Positions 55,838 through 63,769 of a stretch of 63,769 nt of DNA are shown in pieces. The DNA is taken from contig JBAXHO010000002.1 in the NCBI GenBank assembly GCA_037138855.1, forward strand, positions 1 to 63,769, in the 5' to 3' direction. The stretch is from a bacterium. Its GTDB lineage: Bacteria; Patescibacteriota; Dojkabacteria; B142; OLB20. Both the position numbers and the translations under genes were made by a program. Numbering within the stretch: position 1 is the stretch's first letter; every line of letters starts with the position of its first letter. Below the pieces are notes generated by a model that saw only the letters and a list, made by a program, of their open reading frames with translations, had not been told where the DNA came from and did not search any database.

Positions 55838-56872
55838 CTACTCTACCTTCTTTTTAAATAAATGGCGAATATCTACTACTGTCATTGTATAACCTACGAT
55901 TACTGGAATCCAAAGTGAGACAAGACGATAAAGCATGATAGCTGTGATAGCCTCACTGAGCTCAAAACCCATTGGTTTCAGAATCAAAGGAACACTTCCT
56001 TCGACAATACCTGCTCCTTGTGGTGTCGGAGAAATAATACTAACTAAAACCACTGTACTATATACGATAAAAGCATCAATATAACTAATTTGCATACCAA
56101 TACTTCCAAAAGTGATAATTACAATAAAAACCTGAATTAAGTGAGCAATCAATAATAATGGAGTAATTTTCAGATGCTTGATGTACTGATTTTTTAATAA
56201 ATCTCTTAAATCTAAATAATGCTCCATTTTTTTGGTGATCGATTCTTTATTAATCACATGCTTTCCAGTTAATGCTTCAACGAAATTATTTATTACATCA
56301 GCAACTTTATGTAACAATTGATGCAAAAGATGGGGAGAAGCAATAGCCAAAAAGAATGCCACCAACACAGCTGTAAGAAATATGGCATATAAACCCGTTT
56401 CTAGCTTGCCATAATTAGTAAGCTCATGACGAAGTGAAAGGATAAATGCACTAAGAAAAACAAAAATTCCAATAATAAAAAAATTGAAAACTGAAACAAT
56501 AATATAACCCACACCAGTTTTGGCTAGGGAATGTTTCTGTCTCCTTCCGGTATCCATAAATGAAATTGTCCCACCTATACCACCAATAGACGCAATTAGA
56601 TTAAAGAAATACATTTTTAAAATACTATAATACATATCGCTTAATTTGAACTTTAACCCGATATATTCATAATTTAATTGAAAAAACTGAGCATAAGGCG
56701 CTATATAAATAAATTGCAGAATTAAAGCAATAAATAAATAAAGAAAATCAGCATTGGAAATACGATGGAGGACTGCAAAAAATTCCCCGGAGTTCTTCAG
56801 AAGCAAATATGTTAAAATAGCTAAGACAATGATAAAAAAACTGATCTGAATTTTGTGACGTACTTTAGTCAT
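55838..56872 (-). CDS. UPF0104 / lysylphosphatidylglycerol-synthase-TM-like (flippase-like) membrane protein
   Basis: About 8 TM helices. SPTPQGAGIVEG resembles the conserved PGGxGxxE motif. ATG at 56872 (MTKVRHK) is the likely start. Confidence 0.55.
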   Translation of the reverse strand: MTKVRHKIQISFFIIVLAILTYLLLKNSGEFFAVLHRISNADFLYLFIALILQFIYIAPYAQFFQLNYEYIGLKFKLSDMYYSILKMYFFNLIASIGGIGGTISFMDTGRRQKHSLAKTGVGYIIVSVFNFFIIGIFVFLSAFILSLRHELTNYGKLETGLYAIFLTAVLVAFFLAIASPHLLHQLLHKVADVINNFVEALTGKHVINKESITKKMEHYLDLRDLLKNQYIKHLKITPLLLIAHLIQVFIVIITFGSIGMQISYIDAFIVYSTVVLVSIISPTPQGAGIVEGSVPLILKPMGFELSEAITAIMLYRLVSLWIPVIVGYTMTVVDIRHLFKKKVE

Positions 56873-57158
56873 ATTATTGAATAAGGAGTAAAAGAAATCA
56901 GAATAAATTGTTGTAATTATCTTTTTATTATATAGCAAAATATAATAAAAAGATAAAAGTTCCAGCCATAGGCTGGTAAGCCTTTGGCTTAAAAAGTTAT
57001 AAGCTAGAAATAAGAAGTAAAAAGAAATTAAAAAATAGTGAACAAAAAAAATTGTTCTGTTAGAATGTGAAAAAAGAAAGAAACTAGAATAAAAGAATCT
57101 AGGAATCTATGAATAAAAGAATTATCCTTTTCCAAGATTCAAAATTCGCCTACTGTGT

Positions 57159-57187
57159 TTGTTAATCTAGAATCTGCAGTATATAAT
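57159..57187 (+). promoter_or_regulatory. sigma70-like promoter TTGTTA-N17-TATAAT
   Basis: TTGTTA at 57159-64 and TATAAT at 57182-87, 28 nt before the ATG at 57215. Confidence 0.45.
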
Positions 57188-57214
57188 AGAAATATATTTT
57201 TTATCTTCTCTTTT

Positions 57215-58564
57215 ATGAAAAAACTTTATCAAGGAGAAACTGCCAAAGCAATTGCCAACTTCCAAATTTCCGGACAACCTGTCAATTTAATGCTGATTAA
57301 TGCTGTAGCTACTGTCAAAAAGGCAGCAGCACTTGCAAATTTCCAGACAGAACGCTTTGATAAAAAAATTTATAATGCAATTAAATTTGCTGCTGACCAA
57401 ATTATCCAAGGAAAATATCCTGAACAATTTGTCACTGATCAAGTCCAGGGTGGCGCTGGTACTTCTACTAATATGAATGTCAATGAAGTAATTTCATCTT
57501 TAGCTGTAGAATATTTAAAAGGTAAAGTGATTATCCACCCCAATGACCATGTCAATCTTGGTCAATCGACCAACGATGTCATTCCTACTGCCATCAAAGT
57601 GATGTTGCTCCGGCAAATTGATGAATTAATTTCAGCTATGAAACTGCTGGAAAAAGAATTTCAGAGAAAAAGCATTGCTTACAAAGATATTGTCAAAGTA
57701 GGAAGAACGCATTTACAAGATGCTGTGCCAATTACTTTAGGACAATCATTTGGAGCTTATGCCACTTTTATGAAACGCAATATTCAACGTTTTGAAGAAA
57801 ACAAAAAATATCTTTATCAAACTAATTTGGGTGGTACTGCTCTTGGTTCAGCAATCAATTCTTCGCAATCATATCTGAAATTTGCCAATGCTGAACTAGC
57901 AAAACTCACTGGTTATCCTTTTAAACCAGCCCCGGATCTCTTTGATGCTACACAAAATTCAGATGATTTTTTACATATTGCAAATATTTTAAAAACCTTT
58001 ACTGCTGGTTTGTCAAAAATCTGTAATGATCTGAGAATGCTAGCTTCCGGACCACGTGCCGGCCTGGGTGAATTAATTCTACCTGAAGTGCAAAAAGGTT
58101 CTTCGATCATGCCGGGTAAAGTAAACCCAGTCATCCTGGAATTAATGAACCAAATTTGTTATCAGGTTTTTGGTAATGTGGAAACAGCTTTTCATGCAGC
58201 TCTTAACTCCCAGTTTGAATTAAATGCAATGCTGCCGATTTATGCCAAAAATATGAATGAAGCCTTTATCTTGATGACTAATGGCCTCAAAACTCTCACC
58301 GAAAAAGCAATTAAAGGTCTAAAACCCAATGAGAAAAAAATTCAAGAACTGTTTGATAACAGTCTTTGTACTGCTACAGCGCTCAATCGCTACCTTGGCT
58401 ATGATCAAACCGCTAAACTCGTGAAAAATGCTGTGAAAAATCAGACACAACTTATTGATGAACTTAAAAAAGAAAAATTGCTTGATGAAGCAGCTCTCAA
58501 GAAAATCCTGCAAGCAAAAGCCTTGACAGAACCAAGTGATGAATTTCTTAGTCACCGCAATTAA
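57215..58564 (+). CDS. aspA: aspartate ammonia-lyase (class II fumarase/aspartase family)
   Basis: Signature GSSIMPGKVNPVILE (PV rather than the fumarase PTQ), TNMNVNEV, GRTHLQDA. Confidence 0.8.
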   Translation: MKKLYQGETAKAIANFQISGQPVNLMLINAVATVKKAAALANFQTERFDKKIYNAIKFAADQIIQGKYPEQFVTDQVQGGAGTSTNMNVNEVISSLAVEYLKGKVIIHPNDHVNLGQSTNDVIPTAIKVMLLRQIDELISAMKLLEKEFQRKSIAYKDIVKVGRTHLQDAVPITLGQSFGAYATFMKRNIQRFEENKKYLYQTNLGGTALGSAINSSQSYLKFANAELAKLTGYPFKPAPDLFDATQNSDDFLHIANILKTFTAGLSKICNDLRMLASGPRAGLGELILPEVQKGSSIMPGKVNPVILELMNQICYQVFGNVETAFHAALNSQFELNAMLPIYAKNMNEAFILMTNGLKTLTEKAIKGLKPNEKKIQELFDNSLCTATALNRYLGYDQTAKLVKNAVKNQTQLIDELKKEKLLDEAALKKILQAKALTEPSDEFLSHRN

Positions 58565-59087
58565 AATTACCGCTACCCAACCAACAATCATATTGCTCAG
58601 TTGAGATCAGATATGAAAAAAAAGCACCTGTACCAGAAAGATTCTTTTCCATTGATTGTTGGTCTAAATATGGAGTCAATTGTTTTGTCTCTACATCATA
58701 AATGAAAAAAGTATTATCAGTTAACTTTCCCCAGATTTGCTGACAATTGTAATTAAAACGACTAATGTAATCAGAATTGTTGATAATAATCAGTTCATTA
58801 TCAGGATTACTAATTTGAGTAACTTGACTCTCATCGACAAGTAAAGGATGCTGAAAAGGCAAATCAATGGTATGAATACTATAAGGATAAAATAGCGGAT
58901 AACGCCACCAGTCACGATACCCTGGATAATTATAGAATTCATTCGTGCTATCTTCCGGTAAATCATGGCAACTCAAGGGCTTATACTCCTCCCACCAGCT
59001 TCCTTGAGGAGTCACCAGATTACATACCGAAAGTGGTAAAACACAAAATAACAATGGCACTATTGTTAAAAATACAGGAAGTTTCAT
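58548..59087 (-). CDS. hypothetical secreted/lipoprotein
   Basis: Signal peptide with a possible lipobox LSVC. No other motif. Overlaps the aspA 3' end by 17 nt (convergent). Confidence 0.4.
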   Translation of the reverse strand: MKLPVFLTIVPLLFCVLPLSVCNLVTPQGSWWEEYKPLSCHDLPEDSTNEFYNYPGYRDWWRYPLFYPYSIHTIDLPFQHPLLVDESQVTQISNPDNELIIINNSDYISRFNYNCQQIWGKLTDNTFFIYDVETKQLTPYLDQQSMEKNLSGTGAFFSYLISTEQYDCWLGSGNFNCGD

Positions 59088-59170
59088 TTAGGCTAATAGA
59101 TAAAAGTTAATAGTCAAAAGTTAAAAGTGAAAAAAAACGAAGAGCGGGCACCAGTGATCAATTATAAGAT

Positions 59171-59479
59171 TTAATCCCATTCTTCACGATAAGCAATTTT
59201 AATAACTTTCTGATATTTTTTAAAGCTAAAAAGATTGATTATCTTAAATAAATAAAGACCTAAGCTCAGACCTGAGATAGAGAATTTTCGATAATTTATC
59301 CGTGCCTGTTTCAAACTAATGTTACCATTGGCACCAAGAACACCTGTCTCTTCACCATGAAACTGTTCTGGATCATCTTCCCAGAGGCATACCGGACAAA
59401 TATCATAGGTACCATTTGGTCTATCAAAAACAAGGTGAGCACAAACTGGACAGGAATATAATTGTTTCATTTCAAGCAA
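59171..59479 (-). CDS. CPCC-family cysteine-rich protein
   Basis: YSCPVCAHLVFD...YDICPVCLWEDDPEQ matches the CPCC domain pattern. Confidence 0.65.
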   Translation of the reverse strand: MLEMKQLYSCPVCAHLVFDRPNGTYDICPVCLWEDDPEQFHGEETGVLGANGNISLKQARINYRKFSISGLSLGLYLFKIINLFSFKKYQKVIKIAYREEWD

Positions 59480-59480
59480 A

Positions 59481-59714
59481 TTATTTCTTAAATATCAATT
59501 TACCTAAATAATAACTTAAAACCAAACCTATTAAAGCAGCTGTAAATGCAATTATCATCTCCACCATAATAAAATATCTTTCATATCCTTCTTCACAATA
59601 GCCATCATTACAAAAACTATATCCAACCAATGCCAGAAAACCAAAAAATAAAGATGTAACACAAGCGGTTAAAATAATACCGGATATCGATATTAACTTA
59701 ATTTTTTTGTTCAT
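59481..59714 (-). CDS. small two-TM membrane protein
   Basis: 77 aa, two hydrophobic helices flanking a CNDGYCEEGYERY loop. 1 nt upstream of the CPCC gene. Confidence 0.4.
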   Translation of the reverse strand: MNKKIKLISISGIILTACVTSLFFGFLALVGYSFCNDGYCEEGYERYFIMVEMIIAFTAALIGLVLSYYLGKLIFKK

Positions 59715-59781
59715 AAATTAATTATAACTTAAATTGATGGTTACGAAAATTTGTTATTTTATTAATAATACAAACTAATAG

Positions 59782-59823
59782 TTGGAGACGACGACGTCTC
59801 CCCTATACGATGTTCGACCAATC
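59782..59823 (+). repeat. 42-nt hairpin-containing repeat, second copy
   Basis: TTGGAGACGACGACGTCTCCCCTATACGATGTTCGACCAATC. Compare 46287-46328. Confidence 0.85.
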
Positions 59824-59856
59824 TCGAGATTTAATTTTCCGATTGCTACCCAGCAC

Positions 59857-59876
59857 GGGTTGCAGATCTGCAACCC
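59857..59876. repeat. perfect 20-nt palindrome GGGTTGCAGATCTGCAACCC
   Basis: With its flanks, identical to the 46401-46438 copy. Confidence 0.9.
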
Positions 59877-59885
59877 CTCCTACTT

Positions 59886-59913
59886 GATACATGATACCTG
59901 ATACATGATACTT
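59886..59913 (+). repeat. GATAC-heptamer array (4 units)
   Basis: GATACAT GATACCT GATACAT GATACTT, ending 6 nt from the NRAMP stop codon. Confidence 0.9.
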
Positions 59914-59918
59914 TTCTT

Positions 59919-61178
59919 CTATTTTATTTGCAGCACCAGCATCACTACACCGGCTATGGCCATAACTAAAGTCGCTGCGCCACCAACAATATTTAAAATA
60001 AATCCATTTTTCTGTTTTCCCATCAATTTTCTCTTATTGGAAAGTAACATAATTACTATCATCAAAGGCGGTGCAGTAATGCCATTCAAAATTGCTGTGT
60101 AGTATAAAAGCTGAAACGGTTTAATCGGTAAAAGCGTCAATAATGCACCACAAACAACAGAAGCAATAATCACTAAATAAAACTTTGGCGCCTGATGAAA
60201 ATGTAAATTCAAACTATGTTTCCAATTATACATCTCGGAAATGGCATAGGCACTTGCTCCCGCTAAAATTGGAATTGCTAGTAAACCTGTACCAATGATA
60301 CCAATCGAAAAAATTAAATAAGAAAAGTTACCAGCTAAAGGTCTTAAAGCAATTGCTGCCTGATCTGCAGTTTCAATTGTAGTAATCCCTGCTCTTCCAA
60401 GTGTCGCCGAGGTGGTTAAAATAATGGCATACATGATCAAATTGGCAAAGATCATACCGACCAAAGTATCAAGTTGTACGATTTTAATTTTACGATTATT
60501 AATTCGAAATTTGGAATGATTTATTTGCTGTTCATGATTTACCTCTTCTACCACTTCACTAGTCTGCCAGAAAAACAAATATGGAGAAATGGTTGTTCCA
60601 AGCACAGCGACAAGATTCATCATACCTGCTTTAGTTAAATCCAACTGGGGATGGAAAGTATCATGAAGAATCAAGCTCCAATCCTGTTTCACCAAAAGAG
60701 CAGTTATAAAATAAGCAATTAAACTGAAGGTTAGCCATTTTAAAATCCGTGCATATTTTTTATAAGGAATAAAAATTTCTAAACCAATTGTAATCAAAGT
60801 AATTCCCGCAATTGCCAAAAGTGGTTTAATATCTACCAATAAATTTAAAGCAGCAGCCATCGCTCCCAGATCAGCACCGATATTAACTGTGTTGGCAATA
60901 AAAAGAATAAATACTGAAAAATATAGAATTTTGGGATAATTTTCTTTAATATTGGCTGATAAACCCTTGTGCGTGACTAATCCTATTTTGGCACACATAT
61001 ATTGAATAGCAAAAACAAAAGGAATGAGGAATAAAGCCCGCCATAAAGTTGAATAACCAAACATAGAACCAGTTTGCGAGTAGGTAGCGATTCCTGAGGG
61101 ATCGTCGTCAGAAGCTCCGGTAATTAGTCCAGGACCAAGGAAAGCGAAAAATTTTTGTAACTTTTTATACATGGCCAA
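59919..61178 (-). CDS. NRAMP-family divalent metal transporter
   Basis: GPGLITGASDDDPSGIATYSQTG N-terminal signature, about 11 TM helices, 419 aa. Confidence 0.88.
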   Translation of the reverse strand: MAMYKKLQKFFAFLGPGLITGASDDDPSGIATYSQTGSMFGYSTLWRALFLIPFVFAIQYMCAKIGLVTHKGLSANIKENYPKILYFSVFILFIANTVNIGADLGAMAAALNLLVDIKPLLAIAGITLITIGLEIFIPYKKYARILKWLTFSLIAYFITALLVKQDWSLILHDTFHPQLDLTKAGMMNLVAVLGTTISPYLFFWQTSEVVEEVNHEQQINHSKFRINNRKIKIVQLDTLVGMIFANLIMYAIILTTSATLGRAGITTIETADQAAIALRPLAGNFSYLIFSIGIIGTGLLAIPILAGASAYAISEMYNWKHSLNLHFHQAPKFYLVIIASVVCGALLTLLPIKPFQLLYYTAILNGITAPPLMIVIMLLSNKRKLMGKQKNGFILNIVGGAATLVMAIAGVVMLVLQIK

Positions 61179-61304
61179 ATAACACTAATTATGTCTTGGC
61201 CAAAAGGACATCATCTTTCAGAAAAAATTATGTTCTTCTGGTAGCTACGTTTTAGCGAAAAAACCTGAAAAAAGTTTAATCACGAAAAGGTATTTTATAC
61301 CTAA

Positions 61305-61334
61305 ATTATACTCGTGTAAACTGATTAATGTCAA
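61305..61334 (-). promoter_or_regulatory. sigma70-like promoter TTGACA-N18-TATAAT for the NRAMP gene
   Basis: Minus strand: TTGACA (61334-61329) and TATAAT (61310-61305). Implies a ~120-nt leader. Confidence 0.45.
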
Positions 61335-61362
61335 TATAGTGAATATATAATAACCGAGAGCT

Positions 61363-61386
61363 CGGTGTCTGGTAAGCGGTGATCGG
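61363..61386 (+). repeat. CGGTGAN-heptamer array (3.4 units, degenerate)
   Basis: CGGTGTC TGGTAAG CGGTGAT CGG. Confidence 0.7.
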
Positions 61387-61477
61387 AGGAATGAAAAGAG
61401 TTAAAATTAGTATATCGTTTAAATCAGCTACCAACCTTAGGTCAAACGATGTGAACTACCCACCCTATACTAAATTC

Positions 61478-62227
61478 TCACTTCCGGCACGGGTTGGAGA
61501 TCTGCAACCCCTCCGTGGCACCAATACAGGCTATTTGCTCAAAATATCTTTTCTCCTTATCATTTAATTGATCCCAGTTCACTCCAGGAAGTTTACCAGC
61601 AGCGACAATTTGTTGATAAGCTGCTAATGACGCTACTTTTGCACCAGGAAGGTAAATACTGAGACAGGCAATTTCTGGAACTTTTTTTTTCAGGATTTCC
61701 TGTAATTGCGTTGTGTTTTCTAAGTCAAAATTTGAAAATACTCGAATCGCGCCTATGGCATTGACATTGGTTTCTTTAATTAATTGCTGATACTTTGCCA
61801 AACGAATATCTTCAAACTGCCAATGTGCTTCCGGGATCAATGCTTCAGGATAATTAAAAACCCATTCCTTGACAAAAGCATGCAAAATAATCCGTTCCCT
61901 ACCCAATCGTGTAATAATCTTTTTCACCATTGGGAAAACCCGCTCATCTTTGAGATCCAAAACCACCATTACTTCTGGTGCTTTTTCGAGCATGGCTATA
62001 GCCCGCTCCAAATCAATATTGTTTGGTAATGGCAACTGTTTCACTTCAGTGTAAAAATTCAAAGGATGACCAATATAAACTGCATTTGTTTCCGGATTGT
62101 ACGCCAGGTCAAGTTCGATACTAGCCTTCTGTTCTATCGCTACTTTTACATCAGCTACTTTAACTGTATGAGTATGCCAGAAAATCAGAGGTTGGTGATC
62201 ATTTAGTTTTGTTGTGAAAGGATTCAA
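61478..62227 (-). CDS. hypothetical protein (weak GDPD/PLC-like TIM-barrel resemblance)
   Basis: 249 aa. ASIELDLAYNPETNAVYIGHP is faintly like the GDPD E-x-D...H motif. The last ~8 codons are read from the palindromic repeat. Confidence 0.3.
   Translation of the reverse strand: MNPFTTKLNDHQPLIFWHTHTVKVADVKVAIEQKASIELDLAYNPETNAVYIGHPLNFYTEVKQLPLPNNIDLERAIAMLEKAPEVMVVLDLKDERVFPMVKKIITRLGRERIILHAFVKEWVFNYPEALIPEAHWQFEDIRLAKYQQLIKETNVNAIGAIRVFSNFDLENTTQLQEILKKKVPEIACLSIYLPGAKVASLAAYQQIVAAGKLPGVNWDQLNDKEKRYFEQIACIGATEGLQISNPCRK
61481..61500. repeat. palindrome variant GGGTTGGAGATCTGCAACCC (1 mismatch)
   Basis: Fourth member of the GGGTTGCAG family. Overlaps the 3' end of 61478-62227. Confidence 0.8.
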
Positions 62228-62231
62228 GTAA

Positions 62232-63740
62232 TTAGTTTAGAGTTAAATTATTTATTAAGAGCTCCAGATCTGATAATGCTTGTGATTGTGTTACTTCCCG
62301 ATCATAACTAAACTGGATCGTAATTTCATGAAGATTATCTGCTAAAGGAAAATGTACTTGTAAATATGAATCATTCCTTCCATCAGCCATGGGGCATGAC
62401 AAAATTTGGTATTGGTTTAATTGTTTAACAATGCTGCAACCATCAGCTTCCTGACCAAGTTTCCCGTTGCGAGCTGTCAAAATTGCTGCTTCTGATTGTG
62501 AATTAATCACAAAAGTTACATTATTAATCGCTTCATTGGGCAATGTCTCCTCACCAGACCAGAAAATATTTTTTTCAGTATATGTCCAAGTGTTCGGATA
62601 AAGAAGTTGATAATTATACTTAGCGTTCTGATAGACTAATTCATTTATACAGCCAGTCTGAGTACAAGCTACTTCACCATTCGTACAAGTACAAGAATTA
62701 CATGTGTCTCCAGCACTAAATGTTTCATTTGCTTGATAAACTTGGCCTTTATAATTACATACCTTAGCTTCAGGTGCTGAACTAACTGCTGTAGTTACTA
62801 ATAATTTATTATTATCTGGTACCTCAGAAGTTGCTGAGGATTGGCTATTTCCCTTACCCAAATTATATGCTGCATAACTTGTTCCACCAATAACTGCGAT
62901 TGCTCCAATTATGGCAACTGCAACAATAATTATTTTTGAGCTTACAACTGAAGAAGCAGTAGCCATTGGTGTGATTGTAGAAATTGGCAAGCTAGTCGGA
63001 GCTTGTTGTGAAATTGGATTTTCCATTTTTGAAATATTTAAATTTAAATTAAATTGTTTTGTTAACTGCAATAATAAATTGCTTTGAAAATCTGCTTGCG
63101 GTAAAAAGCTTGAAAGAGATTTTAATGCTTTTAAACCCGCAAATATCGCTATTAAATTGAAAGAATAAAGCTTTTTTGAATTATCCTTTTCTGCAAGTTC
63201 TTTCATCTTTTCAATTCCTCTTTGGAAACGCATCTTTACTGCTGACAATTTCATTTCCATAAAATCGGCAATTTCTTCAAATTTCATTTCTTCCCAGATC
63301 CTCAAACAGATAATTTCTTTAGTGATTACCTCTAGAGTCTCAAGTAAAACTTTTAAGTCATTCTTCAATTCTTCGGTCAAAACAAGCTCCTCAATTGGTA
63401 CATTTTCAAAATCAATGATATTAATATCTTCATTTAAAGTTTCTGAATCTGTTTGTCGATAACCTTTATAAACTAAATTTCGCGCAATTTTTAAAAACCA
63501 AAATCTAATACTAATTCCTTTAAAATCATAATTTGCTATTTTTTCAAATCCTTGTAAAAATGTTTGTGAAACAAAATCCTCAGTTTTGTGTACATCTTTC
63601 ACAATTACAAAAACATAACGATAAATATCTTCAAGGTATGCCTCGTAAAGCAAAGCAAACTTTTCATGATCCCCTCCCTGTATTTGTTTTAATATCTCCT
63701 GCTCTTTATCCAATGTCATTGCTGGTTTTATTTGATCCAT
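62232..63740 (-). CDS. ECF-type sigma-70 factor fused to a TM helix and a Cys-rich extracytoplasmic domain
   Basis: Region 2 (DIYRYVFVIVKDVHKTEDFVSQTF) and region 4 (IICLRIWEEMKFEEIADFMEMKLSAVKMRFQRG); TM helix IIIVAVAIIGAIAVIGG; then CNYKGQVYQANETFSAGDTCNSCTCTNGEVACTQTGC. Confidence 0.8.
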   Translation of the reverse strand: MDQIKPAMTLDKEQEILKQIQGGDHEKFALLYEAYLEDIYRYVFVIVKDVHKTEDFVSQTFLQGFEKIANYDFKGISIRFWFLKIARNLVYKGYRQTDSETLNEDINIIDFENVPIEELVLTEELKNDLKVLLETLEVITKEIICLRIWEEMKFEEIADFMEMKLSAVKMRFQRGIEKMKELAEKDNSKKLYSFNLIAIFAGLKALKSLSSFLPQADFQSNLLLQLTKQFNLNLNISKMENPISQQAPTSLPISTITPMATASSVVSSKIIIVAVAIIGAIAVIGGTSYAAYNLGKGNSQSSATSEVPDNNKLLVTTAVSSAPEAKVCNYKGQVYQANETFSAGDTCNSCTCTNGEVACTQTGCINELVYQNAKYNYQLLYPNTWTYTEKNIFWSGEETLPNEAINNVTFVINSQSEAAILTARNGKLGQEADGCSIVKQLNQYQILSCPMADGRNDSYLQVHFPLADNLHEITIQFSYDREVTQSQALSDLELLINNLTLN

Positions 63741-63769
63741 AAATAATAGAATCCAAAATTAAATAAATA

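Noticed and set aside
14514-59913. Possibility that the tandem repeats are CRISPR arrays
   Set aside because: The units are 7 nt and directly abutting, with no unique spacers. Arrays are 14-60 nt long. No cas genes are in the window.
61179-61304. Possible metal (Mn) riboswitch in the ~120-nt NRAMP leader
   Set aside because: I could not find the conserved yybP-ykoY-type elements. There is only a small ATGTC..GACAT/TTGGCCAA hairpin near the start codon. An Rfam scan is needed before any claim.
224-62054. Numerous 60-110-aa track ORFs antisense to or nested in larger genes (for example 224-412, 1169-1417, 4548-4742, 7076-7258, 8304-8519, 10045-10326, 12301-12839, 16538-16828, 19205-19531, 29170-30048, 35924-36187, 37024-37260, 38307-38591, 42393-42707, 47008-47352, 52146-52445, 53524-53769, 58319-58591, 61784-62054)
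   Set aside because: Each is fully embedded in a longer ORF with clear family motifs on the other strand or frame. Their low-complexity or odd composition is typical of shadow ORFs.

Overview
Visibly AT-rich bacterial chromosomal window using the standard genetic code: TGA, TAA and TAG each terminate long, well-conserved ORFs. I can support about 60 protein genes and 4 tRNAs. I found no rRNA, CRISPR array, transposase or integrase. Housekeeping and metabolic genes include gdhA, a succinate-semialdehyde-type aldehyde dehydrogenase, an ALS-family TPP enzyme, bcp, pyrD, malic enzyme, truB, a DEAD-box helicase, a PfkB kinase with ahcY, a 5'-nucleotidase, aspartase and an NRAMP transporter. Interleaved with them are envelope and signalling genes: two tandem ~1,030-aa surface paralogues, CapA, GH18, a GT-C-like membrane protein, VKOR, two sensor/two-component loci, and an ECF sigma fused to a membrane anchor and a Cys-rich ectodomain. 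There is also one type II m5C restriction-modification pair. None of about 25 start codons inspected has a Shine-Dalgarno motif, yet sigma70-like promoters (TTGACA-N16-18-TAyAAT and TGCTATAAT) are readable. The most unusual property is non-coding. Nearly every longer intergenic spacer is a mosaic of short tandem heptanucleotide arrays: the GATACTT family at 12 loci, plus CGGTGAN, GAATCTC, CAAATTG, AGTTAGA and CCAGATT families. The spacers also carry 20-nt palindromes (GGGTTGCAGATCTGCAACCC x4, GGGCGTATTGCAATACGCCC x2) and longer repeats. One longer repeat is a ~115-nt hairpin element with a compensatory base-pair change between copies. Another is a ~100-nt promoter/leader cassette that brackets the surface-protein pair. 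Other points worth follow-up are three kinase-less sensor proteins ending in a shared RELK-type C-terminal helix (GRELKM in two) next to a histidine kinase, a malic enzyme with a single in-frame TGA, a GC-rich zinc-ribbon gene, and a possible glutamate-to-succinate bypass operon. Lineage guess (weak inference only): an uncultivated, monoderm-like, small-genome bacterium, possibly CPR/Patescibacteria-like.
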